From: Adineta vaga
Lineage: Eukaryota; Animalia; Rotifera
Reading direction: 5' to 3'
NCBI GenBank assembly: GCA_021613535.1
Contig: CP075493.1
Coordinates: 10,974,001-11,038,000 of the forward strand
Length of the DNA: 64,000 nt
The notes under the pieces were generated by a model. The model saw only the letters and a list, made by a program, of their open reading frames with translations, was not told the origin of the DNA and did no database searches. Positions within the stretch are counted from its first letter, which is position 1. The number at the start of each line of letters is the position of its first letter. This document shows, in pieces, positions 35,024-47,637 of the stretch. Position numbers and translations under genes: made by a program.

Positions 35024-37245
35024 ATGCCATTAGATACATTTCTTTTACCATCATCTGCTGACATTGGACAACAAGAATATCAATTATCCATGACATCTAT
35101 TCCAACTCATAATCATTTGATAAAAGATCAAAAAAATATATCCGCTCGTATGATTATTGTTGCTAATCGTTTACCCATAACAATGACAATCAAATCGAAA
35201 CGTGATGGACAAAGTGAAGTGGAATTTCTTTCTAGTTCAGGTGGTGTGGCATCGGCTTTAACTGGTATTAGTAATTTATGGATTGGTTGGCCAGGTGGTG
35301 AAGTGAGAAATGCTGAAGATCGAAAAAATGTTACAGAGAAATTACGTAAATTCGATTGCATACCTGTATTTTAACTGCCGAATTATGCAATTTATTTTAT
35401 AATGGCTATTGTAATGATCTTCTCTGGCCACTTCTTCATTATATGCCATTACCAATAGAAGCAATCAAATCACATGATAAACGATATCTTGCCTATCAAG
35501 ATGCTAATGCTCAATTTGCTAAGATTGTTTTGGATAATTACGATGATGGTGATATTGTTTGGATACATGATTATCATCTGATGTTAGTTCCATCTTTATT
35601 ACGTCGTGCAAAACCTCAAATGAAAATCGGTTTCTTCTTTCATACACCGTTTCCATGTGGTGAAGTTTACTGTACCTTACCTTCACGTAGTGAACTTTTA
35701 CTTGGTGTTCTCAATAGCAATCTGATAGGTTTTCATACTGATCAATATTTACGACATTTTCAATCAGCAGTATCTCGACTTCTCAATGTTGAATATGACA
35801 ATAATCAAGTATAAGAAATCCTTCGTTTTTTTTCTTCAATATTTACGATTTTTTGTTGTTATTTATTTAGATTAGAATGCAAGATATTATGTCTCGACTG
35901 GGTGTCTATCCCATTGGTATCGATGCTCGAAAATTTGTCGATACAGTAGCATCCGATTCATGTCAAGAATATGTAAATGAATTAAAGTTACATTTTGCAG
36001 GTCGAAAGGTGTTATTAGGTATTGATCGTCTCGATTATATCAAAGGTATCTTACAGAAAATGTTAGCTTTGGAATTATTTTTCGAAAATCATCCCGAATG
36101 GATAGGCAAGGTGATCTTAGTACAAGTAGCAGTACCATCTCGTACTGATGTTCTTGAATATCAGATGTTCAAAGCAGAAACTCATAAACTAGTTGGTCGT
36201 ATCAATGGTCGATTCGGTAGTGTGGCAAATGTTCCGATTTGTTATTTGGATCAATCAATGCCATTCGAAAAGATGTGTGCATTATATCATTGTGCAGATG
36301 TTATGATGGTTACTAGTATACGTGATGGTATGAATCTTGTTTCATATGAATATATTGCTTGTCAGAAAGATTCTACTGGTGTATTGATTCTTAGTGAATT
36401 TTGTGGTGCTGCTGAATTATTAGATGGTGGTGTTTTACAAATCAATCCATGGAATATTAATGATGTAGCTAATGCTATTTATAAAGCTCTAACAATGACT
36501 GAAAATGAACGTCGAAAATTGTCTGATATTGCATGTAACTATGTTATGGGACACACAGCAAAGAATTGGGCAACGAAATTTTATGAAAAACTTAAACATC
36601 AAGAATTTGTATCAACAAACGTTTCACAACCAATTCATCGAAATGCAAGTAGAGATATCAATGAAAAAATATCGAAATCACTTAATATGGAAATGACCTT
36701 GTCGAAATTTAACAGCGATCAACGTGAATTATTAATTACAAGTTTAGTGGATCTTATTCATCGAGTCGAAGCCTTATCACCTACTACGATTGATGATACG
36801 AATGAAAAAGATACATGTATTTCTCGTAGTCAATATCAAGATGTTGGTGAATTATGGGGATGGCGAAAATCATCAGCAACAAATTCTGATACATCAAATA
36901 AAGTTTCTTCTGTACTTGATTCATGTGAATCTATTCACAAAAATATTGCAACTTTGGAGAAAACTTTATCGGATAAAAACAATAATGACGAATGTTTTAC
37001 AGTCGATGATAATAATAATTTATCAGGTAAGCATTTATTCTTGTGAGAACGAATTTTGATTGGTATAATGTGTTTTCAGATAACAATTCTTCAAATTCGA
37101 ATGATTCAGTTAGATGGTTCAAAGTAGGCTCAACAATTTTATCCGTATTTAAAAATCTGATCAAAGAGGTAAATAAATCTATATTCTTTGATATGAATTA
37201 AATTGTTTCTTTTTTTTTCTTCGTATATAGATTAATCATGATTGA
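35024..37245 (+). CDS. TPS1: Trehalose-6-phosphate synthase (GT20) without a TPP domain; 1-nt frameshift at about 35370
   Basis: VANRLP, WIGWPG, FYNGYCN..LWPLLHY, WIHDYHL, HTPFP, DRLDYIKG, RDGMNLVSYEY and LSEFCGAA motifs. Three short introns. One T is missing in CCT GTA TTT TA ACT. Confidence 0.92.
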
Positions 37246-37424
37246 TATCTATTTCATACAATTTTCTATTAAAACATTATTAAAAATTAGAATATTAGAT
37301 AATTTTGTTTTGTTTATTTGTCTTCTAAATTGTTAATTTTATAGATTGAAATATATACTTGAACCAATATAATGAGAATATAAATGTAAGAGGAATAAAT
37401 ATGTTGCGTCCTTTTAACGAATAT

Positions 37425-38759
37425 CTATACTTCAACTGTCTTATGAACAGAACGGTTTTTAAGCATTAATTGATGTTGCTTAATTATGGCACGATAGTTA
37501 GGTAATGTTTTATATGTAATACGATTTGAATTATGATAACTATTAGCACCACGATAGCCAGTACGAACCAAATAGATCATATCTGGACCACCATCACAAT
37601 TCCATTGGCTACAACTTGATTTATTGTCAAATGAGGATAATCGATCGAATTGCCAATCGACATAATGAAAACCTGTATAACGGAGACTATCATTCACTGT
37701 TAAACCTGTATCATCATATAATAAACGATCAGCAGCAATATGCCAATTATTCAAATGTTCTAAATCATTTGTATATGATAAACTTAAAATATTTCGTTGA
37801 TCAACAACAGGTTCAACTGTAACTGGATTACATAATGTTATATAGATTTGAGTAATAGGATCAAATCTGATTGTAAATTTACTCATACCACCTGGAAAAT
37901 GAATGACTGAAATAAATGATAAAGTATTCAATGTTTGATTTAATTCTAAAATAATTGCTAAATTTGATAATGGAATTGAATTAAAACGTAAGACGTTCAA
38001 TATACGTAATTGCTCATCGTCGTTTTTTGACGATGTTTTCTGTAGTACTACAATATTTCCTTCTAGAAAACCTGGTGCAGTTAAATTAGGATACGTTTTT
38101 GGTAACCATTTGGTATCGAATGGTAATGGTGGAGTTATTTTCCAATTTCTGAGAGACATAATTGGATCGTCTGCAGTAATATTCTTTGATAATGAATATG
38201 ATGATAAATTACAACTGATAATTGCTGCTTGAAATGGATAAGGCCATTTTCCTGTTCCAACATGATATTCTACCGTACGATACATCATTTGATTGGCAGT
38301 AACAATTGGCATTGCACCAGAATCGAACCAACCATTAAATAATAAAACACCTTCATCACTCTGATTATAATTCCATGAAGCACCATTATCAATACTACGA
38401 TGTATAACTATTCCACTATCATTTTTTCCACCTCTTATACCAATCGCATATATTCTATCATTGTAAACTGTTAATGTTGTGAAATATGTACGTAAAATAT
38501 AAGATATGAATGTCCATGTTACACCATCATCATCACTGCTATACACGGAAACATTTTGTGGATAAGATTTCGTTCCAGGTCCAAAAAAATCATGACTAGC
38601 TAATAGACGACCGGATGAGAGACGAACAATTGAAGGTGAACCAAGATAAACATGTGACGGTTCCTCATGATAAGCGACTTCATTTAAACCTAAACTTGAA
38701 TCAGGTAGTGGTTTACATGAACATAATGACAGAAAAAATATAAAGTATATCGAAGACAT
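37425..38759 (-). CDS. Secreted BNR/Asp-box (sialidase-like) beta-propeller, bacterial-like and intronless
   Basis: Signal peptide, YLGSPSIVRL..LASHDFFG, Asp-boxes SSDDDGVTW and SIDNGASW, FPGGMSKF, GFHYVDWQFD, ANSYHNSN. Confidence 0.85.
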   Translation of the reverse strand: MSSIYFIFFLSLCSCKPLPDSSLGLNEVAYHEEPSHVYLGSPSIVRLSSGRLLASHDFFGPGTKSYPQNVSVYSSDDDGVTWTFISYILRTYFTTLTVYNDRIYAIGIRGGKNDSGIVIHRSIDNGASWNYNQSDEGVLLFNGWFDSGAMPIVTANQMMYRTVEYHVGTGKWPYPFQAAIISCNLSSYSLSKNITADDPIMSLRNWKITPPLPFDTKWLPKTYPNLTAPGFLEGNIVVLQKTSSKNDDEQLRILNVLRFNSIPLSNLAIILELNQTLNTLSFISVIHFPGGMSKFTIRFDPITQIYITLCNPVTVEPVVDQRNILSLSYTNDLEHLNNWHIAADRLLYDDTGLTVNDSLRYTGFHYVDWQFDRLSSFDNKSSCSQWNCDGGPDMIYLVRTGYRGANSYHNSNRITYKTLPNYRAIIKQHQLMLKNRSVHKTVEV

Positions 38760-38937
38760 CAGCAAAGATTTATTTAGCTTTAAAAGAAAGAAGAATTTAT
38801 AGTAGATTTAATATTGAGAAAAAAACAAAAACGAAAAGAGATAAGAAAATCAAATAGAGATAAGCAGAATATTGATGATAATAAAGCACAAAATTATTGA
38901 GGGAAGAAATATTTCAAATAAGTATTTTCTAAATGAG

Positions 38938-40110
38938 TTAATTTTCATCACATGTTATTTGTGGATCTATACGTATGATCTTATTATTCGCACTATTGGA
39001 TAGTATCATAACATAATTGTCCAAGAAGAGTGTATCAAAATATCCTTTGTCCATACTCCAATTACCAAGACTAATTCCGTTAGCACTATATATTCGAAGT
39101 CCATAATCATAAACAGTAAACCATCGACGATTACAATCATCAATCAATACATGTGATCCATAGGTGAGTGTCGTAGGTGCACTGACAAATAGTGTTTGTG
39201 TCCAATCGCTTGTTGTTTCAATATATTTGTATCCATATATAGAAGGAACACTCCATGATGCTACATAAAAATATGTATCATTTACTTTGAATAAACCATG
39301 TGGTGCTCCATAATTCACTGATGAATATGTTGTCATTTGATAATTCGTGTTATTTATCAATGAAAAATAGTAAATACGATTATTATCAGCAGAAGCAACA
39401 ACCATTTTTGAACCATTATCTAAGAAAATGATATCTCGGACACCATTCATAGGAAATCCTACGAGCGAATTTATATTTGTGATATACTTTAACGAATTAT
39501 TTCCATTACTAGTAAATACAGATATTGTTTGATTAGTAGTGATTCCAATATAATATTTTTGTTGAAAATAAGCAATATTTCCTACTGATGCATTGATTGA
39601 AATATGTTCAAGAAGTGTTAAAGTTTGAGGATCGAATCGATCTAAGTATGATGGAACAGTACTGGTCTGTTCTATCGTAACTAATACACCAGTATCATCA
39701 AGTAGAAGACAGCGAGGCTTTGTGACAGTTACATTAATCATTCGGTTTGAAGCATTTTGAAGTTTCTGTAATAACAATGTTGTATTTGACATACAACATG
39801 GATTACTTGCATTTGGAAAGATATTTTGAGGAAAATAAACACGAGAATTGTTCATTGATTGATATGTATATGTTCGAGGATAGCGAATGAAAAGTTCACA
39901 TGTAAAATTTGCATAACAATTTAATGCAAGTATCGAAGAATTTTGTAATGACGAACAAATACATTGATCGCATGTCATATTTGATACTCGAGTAGTATTT
40001 AGTATAGGTCGAATTGGTATGAGAACAGCATTGTTTATAAAAGGAATACTTTTACATTGAATTTTGAGAAAAAAATAACACAAAATAATATATATGGTTT
40101 GTATCGGCAT
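38938..40110 (-). CDS. Secreted protein with a PAN/apple-like Cys domain and an NHL/YVTN-like beta-propeller
   Basis: Signal peptide, TCDQCIC..LNC..TCELF, and propeller-like repeats VVASADNNRI, APHGL, SNSANNKII. Confidence 0.7.
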   Translation of the reverse strand: MPIQTIYIILCYFFLKIQCKSIPFINNAVLIPIRPILNTTRVSNMTCDQCICSSLQNSSILALNCYANFTCELFIRYPRTYTYQSMNNSRVYFPQNIFPNASNPCCMSNTTLLLQKLQNASNRMINVTVTKPRCLLLDDTGVLVTIEQTSTVPSYLDRFDPQTLTLLEHISINASVGNIAYFQQKYYIGITTNQTISVFTSNGNNSLKYITNINSLVGFPMNGVRDIIFLDNGSKMVVASADNNRIYYFSLINNTNYQMTTYSSVNYGAPHGLFKVNDTYFYVASWSVPSIYGYKYIETTSDWTQTLFVSAPTTLTYGSHVLIDDCNRRWFTVYDYGLRIYSANGISLGNWSMDKGYFDTLFLDNYVMILSNSANNKIIRIDPQITCDEN

Positions 40111-40650
40111 GATGAGAAGAAAATAATGAGAATTCCTTTTAGTCGTTATATCTTAAAAGTGAACTGCATTTCAAAGAAACGTGAATAATTAAATTTTCTC
40201 GTTAGTTTTAAACTTGGCCAGTATTTAATGCAGAAATGTTACCAAACACCTATGTGATGAATACTTTTTGTTGAATGCATTGTTTTAGTTAATCAAAAAG
40301 CAATTCATCAATTATATAGTTGCTTTCTCTCGTGGCTACTTCTTTGTCATGAGTGCTCCTTATTTAATGAAATAAAATTGAATGTAAAACTTTTTGTCAG
40401 GCGAGAATATCCCATTTTTATCTACGTGTTTTATATAATTGAAATATATTTATTCTGAGAAAATACAGAAAGAAATTAACTGTTCCTTTATTAGAATGAG
40501 TATACTTTAACAGGTATGGAATGTGTTTATATTAACGTTAGACGACATCTATACAAACGAATAAAAGACAAAGATATGATTTGCATATATAGTGTTCTTA
40601 TCTTTCGACTATATTCTTTCATTTTTCTGTTTCGACAATTATATCGAGAC

Positions 40651-42100
40651 ATGTCTTCTATCTATGACATAATTATTATTGGAGGAGGTATTGTTGGTTT
40701 AGGAGTATTTCATCAATTAACATTAAATGGTTATCAAAACGTTCTACTTTTGGATAAATCACCACAAATTCTAACGGGAGCAAGTTCAGGAAATAGTGGA
40801 ATATTACATACAGGATTTGATACAGTACCTCGAACATTAGAATCAAAACTCGTACAACGTGGATATCATTTATATCAATCATTCAAACGAGATATTGAAT
40901 TACCAATAAAAAAAATTGGTGCGTATCTCGTCGCTTGGAAACAAGATGATATAAAAATTCTCAAAGAAGTCTTAAATACTGCGCATCAAGTAGGTATTCA
41001 ACCGTTAAGGATCGATATTGAAATGAACTATTGTCATTTAGAATGGTGTATTTGATATTGAAGAAATCTCTTCTACAACCTTGTACCAACGTGAACCATT
41101 ATTACGATATGGTGCACTAAGAGCGTTGCATATTCCTGGTGAATCTTTAGTAGATCCTTTAACATTACCATTGATTTTATTGATGCATGGAAAAATTTTA
41201 GGTGGTCATATTCAAATGAACATCGAAATAGTAAAGGGTGAATATGATTACGAAAATAAATATTGGAAATTAAATAATGGACAATTTCGAAGTCGAATTG
41301 TCATTAATTGTGCTGGTCTCTATGGCGATATTGTTGAACAGATCCGTATCGAGCAACAATTATTGTCCACATCAACATTCACTATTCAACCACGTATCGG
41401 TCAATTTTCTGTTTATTCATTTCCTACAACATCACCACCTTTAAAATCTATTATTTTACCAATACCAACAAAATTCACTAAAGGTATCATTGTCTATCCA
41501 AATCTATTTAATCAAATTATTGTTGGACCAACAGCAGAAACTCAACATGATCGATCATACGCACCAATCAAATCCGACGTAATACAGATGTTACATGATA
41601 AAATCAATGAACTCATACCATCGTTTTCAAAATCGAATTATAAATATATTGGCTCGTATACGGGAATACGACCAGCAACAGAATATTCTGATTATCAAAT
41701 ACATTCGTATAATGCAATACAATGGATTTGTTGTGGTGGAATACGTTCTACTGGATTAACATCATCATTAGCCATTGGTGAATATATTTGTGAGAAATTG
41801 AATGAGATGAATGCTATTAGACAACAACTATATTGTATAGGCTACTCATCAGAAAGATATTATCATTCATTAAAAGAATTAAAAGCAATGTTCATTTCCA
41901 CACCTTGTGGATTACAGCCAAAAATAGTCATGAAAGAATCAAAACTATCATTATCAACAGGAAATATACAATTTAATGATGATACTTATGCTTCAAATTT
42001 GAAAATAGACTGTAATGGTGACTTATATGATATATCACATTCATTATTAAAACTAGCATGGATGACTAAAGATTCATCTTCCATTATTTCTCATTTATGA
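40651..42100 (+). CDS. FAD-dependent oxidoreductase (DAO superfamily, LhgO/GlpA-like)
   Basis: YDIIIIGGGIVG, ASSGNSGILHTG, VINCAGLYGD, VGPTAE, TGIRPA and GIRSTGLTSS motifs. One intron at 40990-41041. Confidence 0.9.
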
Positions 42101-42313
42101 GAATACTTGTTACAATAGACATCAATTTCTTTTTCTAGTACATTGCATCATTCTACTAACTATACTCATTCTGAAAAAAGTTGTATTTGAAAGAGCGACA
42201 TCTCACTTGAATTACTATGATTAGTTAGAATTTGCCTTTCGTTGTTCGTAAGGTGGATAAAAAACCCAGTACTAAAGTTTTTGCTTAAGAACTCGCAATC
42301 GTTTTCATGTGTC

Positions 42314-44133
42314 ATGTCGAATTACCTAACACCATCGATTGAAATTTTACCAGTGGAAATACTTCATTCTATTTGTGATAATCTTGATGCTCAGACAATT
42401 TTCTATTCAATTCGACCATTATCACGATTTTTTCGATCAGTTGTTCATAGTTATAATCGTTGTGAATTGGATTTTAGTTTAATTTCTAAGTCAAATTTTT
42501 ATTTTTTCTGTCGATGTATTCATCCTGAAAATATTGTGTCATTAACACTTTCCAATGATTCACAACTTTTAAATCAAATCGATTTATTTATTTCACTTGT
42601 GCATCTTCAACATATATCTCGACTTCGATCATTAACTCTTTTCCATGCCACTGAGAGACAAGTCAATCATATTTTGAAATCTATCAACTTGGAAATACTT
42701 AATACATTATCATGTCAGATTAGAAAATCTAGTAGTTCGTGTTCAAATACAACAGTAGTTCCTACGCTATTGACTGTTCTAAAAACAGCACTTCGGCAAT
42801 TAGAATTTAAAGCATATTATACAAGTACAGCATCCGAAACTTCATGGTCAGTTAAAGATATAGCTGCATTACTAACAACTGACGATCGTATGAATGTTGA
42901 TGATCTTCGCAAAATACTGCAATGTTCTTCGTATTTATCATCACTGAATATCAGTGATGTTCCATTCGGTAATGTAACACATTCGAATTCTAATTGTTTT
43001 CGACAAATAACATCTTTAACATTCACTAGTCTATCGATAACAATCGATAGATTGGAATTATTTCTTTCTTTAACACCATTGCTTACTGATCTGAAATTAA
43101 TCGGTGGAAATGATATGCTCAATGGAAAACGATGGGAAGATTTCATTCAAATCAATCTATCACACTTGAATAAATTTGAATTCTATTTTCGCGAACGTAG
43201 ATCAGTTAAGCCAACAATAAATAATCTGAAGTTTATTAGTAATTCCTTCAAGACACCTTTTTGGACTGAGTATAAAAAATGGTTTGTTGTCTGTGAATAC
43301 GAACATCACCAATATGGCATGAATTTCATTTGTCTCTATTCAATTCCAATTTGTATATCTTTTATCAATTATCCGCCTGCGTCTCAAAAAGAATCCTTAA
43401 TTACTTCGAATAATGATGATATACTAACAAACAATAATATTGAATCACTTACTTTAACTCTAAATAGTTTCACAGCTGACATTATTCAACAAAAAGTAAG
43501 TTATCCGATAAAACAAAGAAAAAAGAATGTCATAATTGAATATCTCTAGCGTGGAATGATCAATCGTCCATTGTTTCCCAATGTTAATGAAATTAACCTT
43601 GAATTTCATGCGGGATGGCCTCAAATAACATTGAATTCACTTTTTGAAATCATCAATCTTTCTCGATTAGTTCACGTCAAAATATCGGGTGATTATCGGA
43701 GTCAATATACTGATGATTTATTGATGGAGATCAAACAGTTTTTACAAAAAACATCGAACCTTATTTCATTGACTATTCATAGTAGTTTCTACAAATATAG
43801 AGCCTATCTAATAGCGAATCATCTTCTTTCCATCATTCCACGTCAGTTAAACATTTGCAAATTCCAATATACGATATCGATCAAATCGATATTCTCCTTA
43901 AACAGTGTCAAAATCTTTCAATCATTGAATTTGAAACTGATGATGCGGATTTATCGACAGATATTGTCGATTGGTTTAATGATAATACAAATGGTACAAT
44001 ATGTGAACAAGATGATAGTATATTGACTATTTGGCTGGGAGCAAAAGCCAATCGTCCTATTCATAAACGATTGAAACTAAATAGCAATAAACGAGATTCT
44101 TCTTTTCCTCTTGAATATAATGTTGATCAATAA
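42314..44133 (+). CDS. F-box/LRR-like protein; 1-nt frameshift at about 43850
   Basis: IEILPVEILHSICDNL F-box-like motif and LNGKRWEDFI family motif. Intron 43496-43549. CAG TTA AA CAT TTG lacks one A. Confidence 0.82.
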
Positions 44134-44389
44134 AAAACGTTTTTAATCAATTATTAAGTTTTTCAACATAAGCATAGAATTTACATAATTATGATATGCA
44201 ATACTATATTCACAGTTTCAAATAAAATCTATACTTTCCATTATTTTAAAAGAAGATTATTTTATTTGCAAAGTTCTATAACTCAAAAGACTAACTATAT
44301 AATGTCGCATCGAATTATATCAAAATAAAGGTCATTCAGAGATTAGAAGCTTTGATCAATGACCATATCTAATGGTGATATAATTAATG

Positions 44390-45194
44390 TTATGGTTTTG
44401 AACGAAAAGAATAACTTCCTTCCCATGTATTATGCGATGAAGAACTTACACCATTTTGAGTAGTCCCATGATAATTAAATTGACCGGGAAGAATTTGAAT
44501 ATGGACTATTTTCGTTTCACCAATAGCAACAAGTCCAGCATGTACAGCAGCCGTGGCAATATTAGAATCATCAGTATAAACATGTGTACCCCATATAGAT
44601 CCTTTACTATTGCCTTTAATCTTGAAAGACAAAGTTTGCCCAACTTTATCACGAAACATTTTAATATTTGGTATTACCATCTCAAAATTAACTGGCTTTC
44701 GAGTAAATAAAAAACTTCCACTCCATATACCATACGATGAAGATGTTATACCGTCTCGAGTACTGCCAATATAGGCTTGTTGTCCAGGAAAAACTTTAAT
44801 ATCGACAGTCTTGGTTTCGCCTATATCAATAATTCCAGCATGTACAGCAGCCGTGGCAATATTAGAATCATCTGTATAGATATCTGTACCCCATACAGGA
44901 CCGACAGTATTGCCTGTGACCGCAAACGAGAAAATTTGACCAATCTTATCACGATATGCTTCTAGATTAATTGGTACGTCCGGTACAATATCTCCTATTT
45001 CAATAGATTAGCATTCTTTATTCATAAAATGCTCATGACTAGAGCGTATTTGAAATTCTCTTACCATTTAATAATGAGTCAGATGCCAACTTTCGGCCTA
45101 CCATTAAATCTGAACTATCAAGTGAGCGTTTTTTCAATAGTTTGTCTCTTAATTTATCAGCTTCACTTGAAAAGGCCAACATTGTTTCTAACAT
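44390..45194 (-). CDS. Tandem two-LCCL-domain protein
   Basis: Two copies of [VI]WGT[DH][IV]YTDDSNIATAAVHAG in one open exon (44994-44390). The upstream exon has a KKR site and a GTAAG donor. Start codon uncertain. Confidence 0.85.
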
Positions 45195-46153
45195 GACAGT
45201 AAATAACTTTTCTTATCGAAATCAATATGTAATCTGTTTATAAAAAGTTGCAGCAATTTTCGCTTTTGAATTGTGTCGTTTTCAATATTCTTCAAAAACA
45301 ACAAAGTTTAAAATTGACGCAGAGAAGATTTTTCTCATTCACGATCTACCTTTTACAGAACCAAAAAAAAAAGGAACGATTTTTTTTCTTTTCTGTTGTT
45401 TTACAATCAAAAAACAGCAACAAAACATCCATAACTATATTTTTATTAATTTACAATCACCTTGACTAAACCTCTACAATAAAATGATTTTGATTAAAAA
45501 ATTACCAATATTAAAAACAAAAGCTATCACTAGAGTGTACTTAGCTATCTAAAATGTTCACTCATTATAGTTCAGTGTAAAATATGGTAATATTTATCTC
45601 AGAGATATGAGATGATCACTTGAATAAACTTTGGCACTGCTTACCATTATCAACACTATAGAAAGAAATCTTGTTAATCTAGGAATATTTCTATGATGAG
45701 TGAATAAATTATATTTGAAGTAAATACGAGTATCTTTCCAAATAAGTCTAAAGTTTTATTTTGTGTTCTCATATTTTCTTTCAGTATTGACATTGTTCAT
45801 GCTTTGTCTATAGAAAAAATATTAAATTCACTGTTCTTTTGCATACATACACAGCTGCTTTTTCTTTCTTTCTTTATTCTTCTTTTTCTGTGGATACTGA
45901 CGCTGCAACATTAATAAAATATGCATCATCGATATGATATTTGATATCATTCGCTATGTTTCGATAGTTAATGCTTAAAAAAAACAATGTCACATAGAAA
46001 CACAAACGCATATCTGATTCATTCTTCTGCGCGATGATTGTAGTCGTTGGGCGTCTGTATATGTGATATCATAATATTTTTTTAACTTCAGTCTTATGCA
46101 CACATAAATATGAGTATATAAAGACAATTTGTTTCTTATAGAGGACACATACA

Positions 46154-46912
46154 ATGCTCATTTTTCTTTCAGTTACATTTCTACTGATAGGTAGTAATCA
46201 TGCTTTACAATGTGTGACTAACTGTTCGATCGGTCCGTTTGAATTTCATACTACATTGCATTCTGATGATGAAAAATGTCAACAACGTGTCTGTGCATCG
46301 AAATGTTCTCTCAATCTGGAATTTCTTTATCATACCAAAAGATACAAGGCTACGTTTGAACACAATACTGGATCACGAGATTTCATTTATATTACCATGA
46401 AACCTTATTTGTCCTATGATGTTAAGTATTCATGCTCGAAAAATAGCAATTGTGCTCTTGCGTATGCACAGAACAGAATTACCGATATGAGTAATCGAGC
46501 CTACAACGTTGCTCATATTCATAAACAACTTGCACCATTGATTGAAAATTCGACTAAATCCGATTCGATTCAATGTTATAATATGAAACATACTATTGTT
46601 CAATGTGCACCTAAAGAAGTTTGTAATGTAGATTATAATCCACGAGACCGCAAAGCCAGAGAACGAGGTTGTAAATATTTCAGTGATCCTATTGTGATGG
46701 TTTATGATAGTGAAACTTATTCGTCTTTCGATATTACTTGCAATCGTAATTTATGCAATGGTGATGCAACATTATCAGAAGTCAAAGCAATCCTTTTTGA
46801 ACATGGTTTGACCGATGGCAATGGTCGACGAATTGCTGCAGGAACAATGGGGATAGCTTCTGTTCTCTTGATGCTAGCTACTCTGACATTCACCGCTGCT
46901 TTTTATTTGTAA
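46154..46912 (+). CDS. Probable GPI-anchored Ly6/uPAR-like Cys-rich surface protein
   Basis: Signal peptide, LQC start, IQCY, CNRNLCN motif and a hydrophobic C-terminal tail. Confidence 0.7.
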   Translation: MLIFLSVTFLLIGSNHALQCVTNCSIGPFEFHTTLHSDDEKCQQRVCASKCSLNLEFLYHTKRYKATFEHNTGSRDFIYITMKPYLSYDVKYSCSKNSNCALAYAQNRITDMSNRAYNVAHIHKQLAPLIENSTKSDSIQCYNMKHTIVQCAPKEVCNVDYNPRDRKARERGCKYFSDPIVMVYDSETYSSFDITCNRNLCNGDATLSEVKAILFEHGLTDGNGRRIAAGTMGIASVLLMLATLTFTAAFYL

Positions 46913-46913
46913 T

Positions 46914-46962
46914 GCACCATTTGAGGGTTAAGAGTGGGTGTAGGTGTGATTTCATGAAGGAT
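46914..46962. repeat. Short fragment related to the 21255-21492 element
   Basis: CACCAT...GTGGGTGTAGGTGTGATTTCATGAAGG resembles the reverse complement of CCTTCATGATATC..ATGGTG at about 21302-21326. Confidence 0.35.
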
Positions 46963-47637
46963 TGACGGAATTGAATATGTTCAATATCGAGAAATAGAAC
47001 GTATATCATTAGCTATTGTATGAAGTCATTCTACCGCTCGCTTCTATTCTGGGAATGAAAACTTCGTAACAGTAGTTACTTCGACTAAGAAGCTATTCAG
47101 ATAATAGTTATCATTTTTTTAACAGAAATAATTTTTTTCTGGTTTTATTTCGTCGCAAGTAAAAGCAGAAAAAAATAGTTCAATAGATATTTCGTTCACA
47201 GACTTATTTTTGCACTCACCGCACGCTCATCCTTGCTTGGATCCATTCGGACACATAAATTCTACCATTCATTTCAAAGAACTTGAAAGCAGATTCTATA
47301 ATGAATTACTAAAAAAAAACACTTAATTATCCAGCAATCAAGTAACTAAATGATGAATGAGTACAAAAAGTTATGTATAATGAGAGAATAAAATGAAAAT
47401 TGTTATCTTTTATAAAAAATATGACGCGCAAATACTTTTTTTTAACTTCTCAATTATGAAGGTTGCTGAGTTATTTATGAATCTAGATATTTAATCATGC
47501 ACATTGAATTAGTTTTAGGTGATTAAAAAAAGAAAACAAATGCTTTTGTGTTTATAAATGGGAGCTATGAGAAGATAAACTCAACATTTCTCACAATTAA
47601 ATAAGAATAGCTCAACATCTATCTATTATTTTTCTGA

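Noticed and set aside
35360-35380. Programmed ribosomal frameshift in TPS
   Set aside because: No canonical slippery heptamer; the same one-base homopolymer loss occurs in two unrelated genes.
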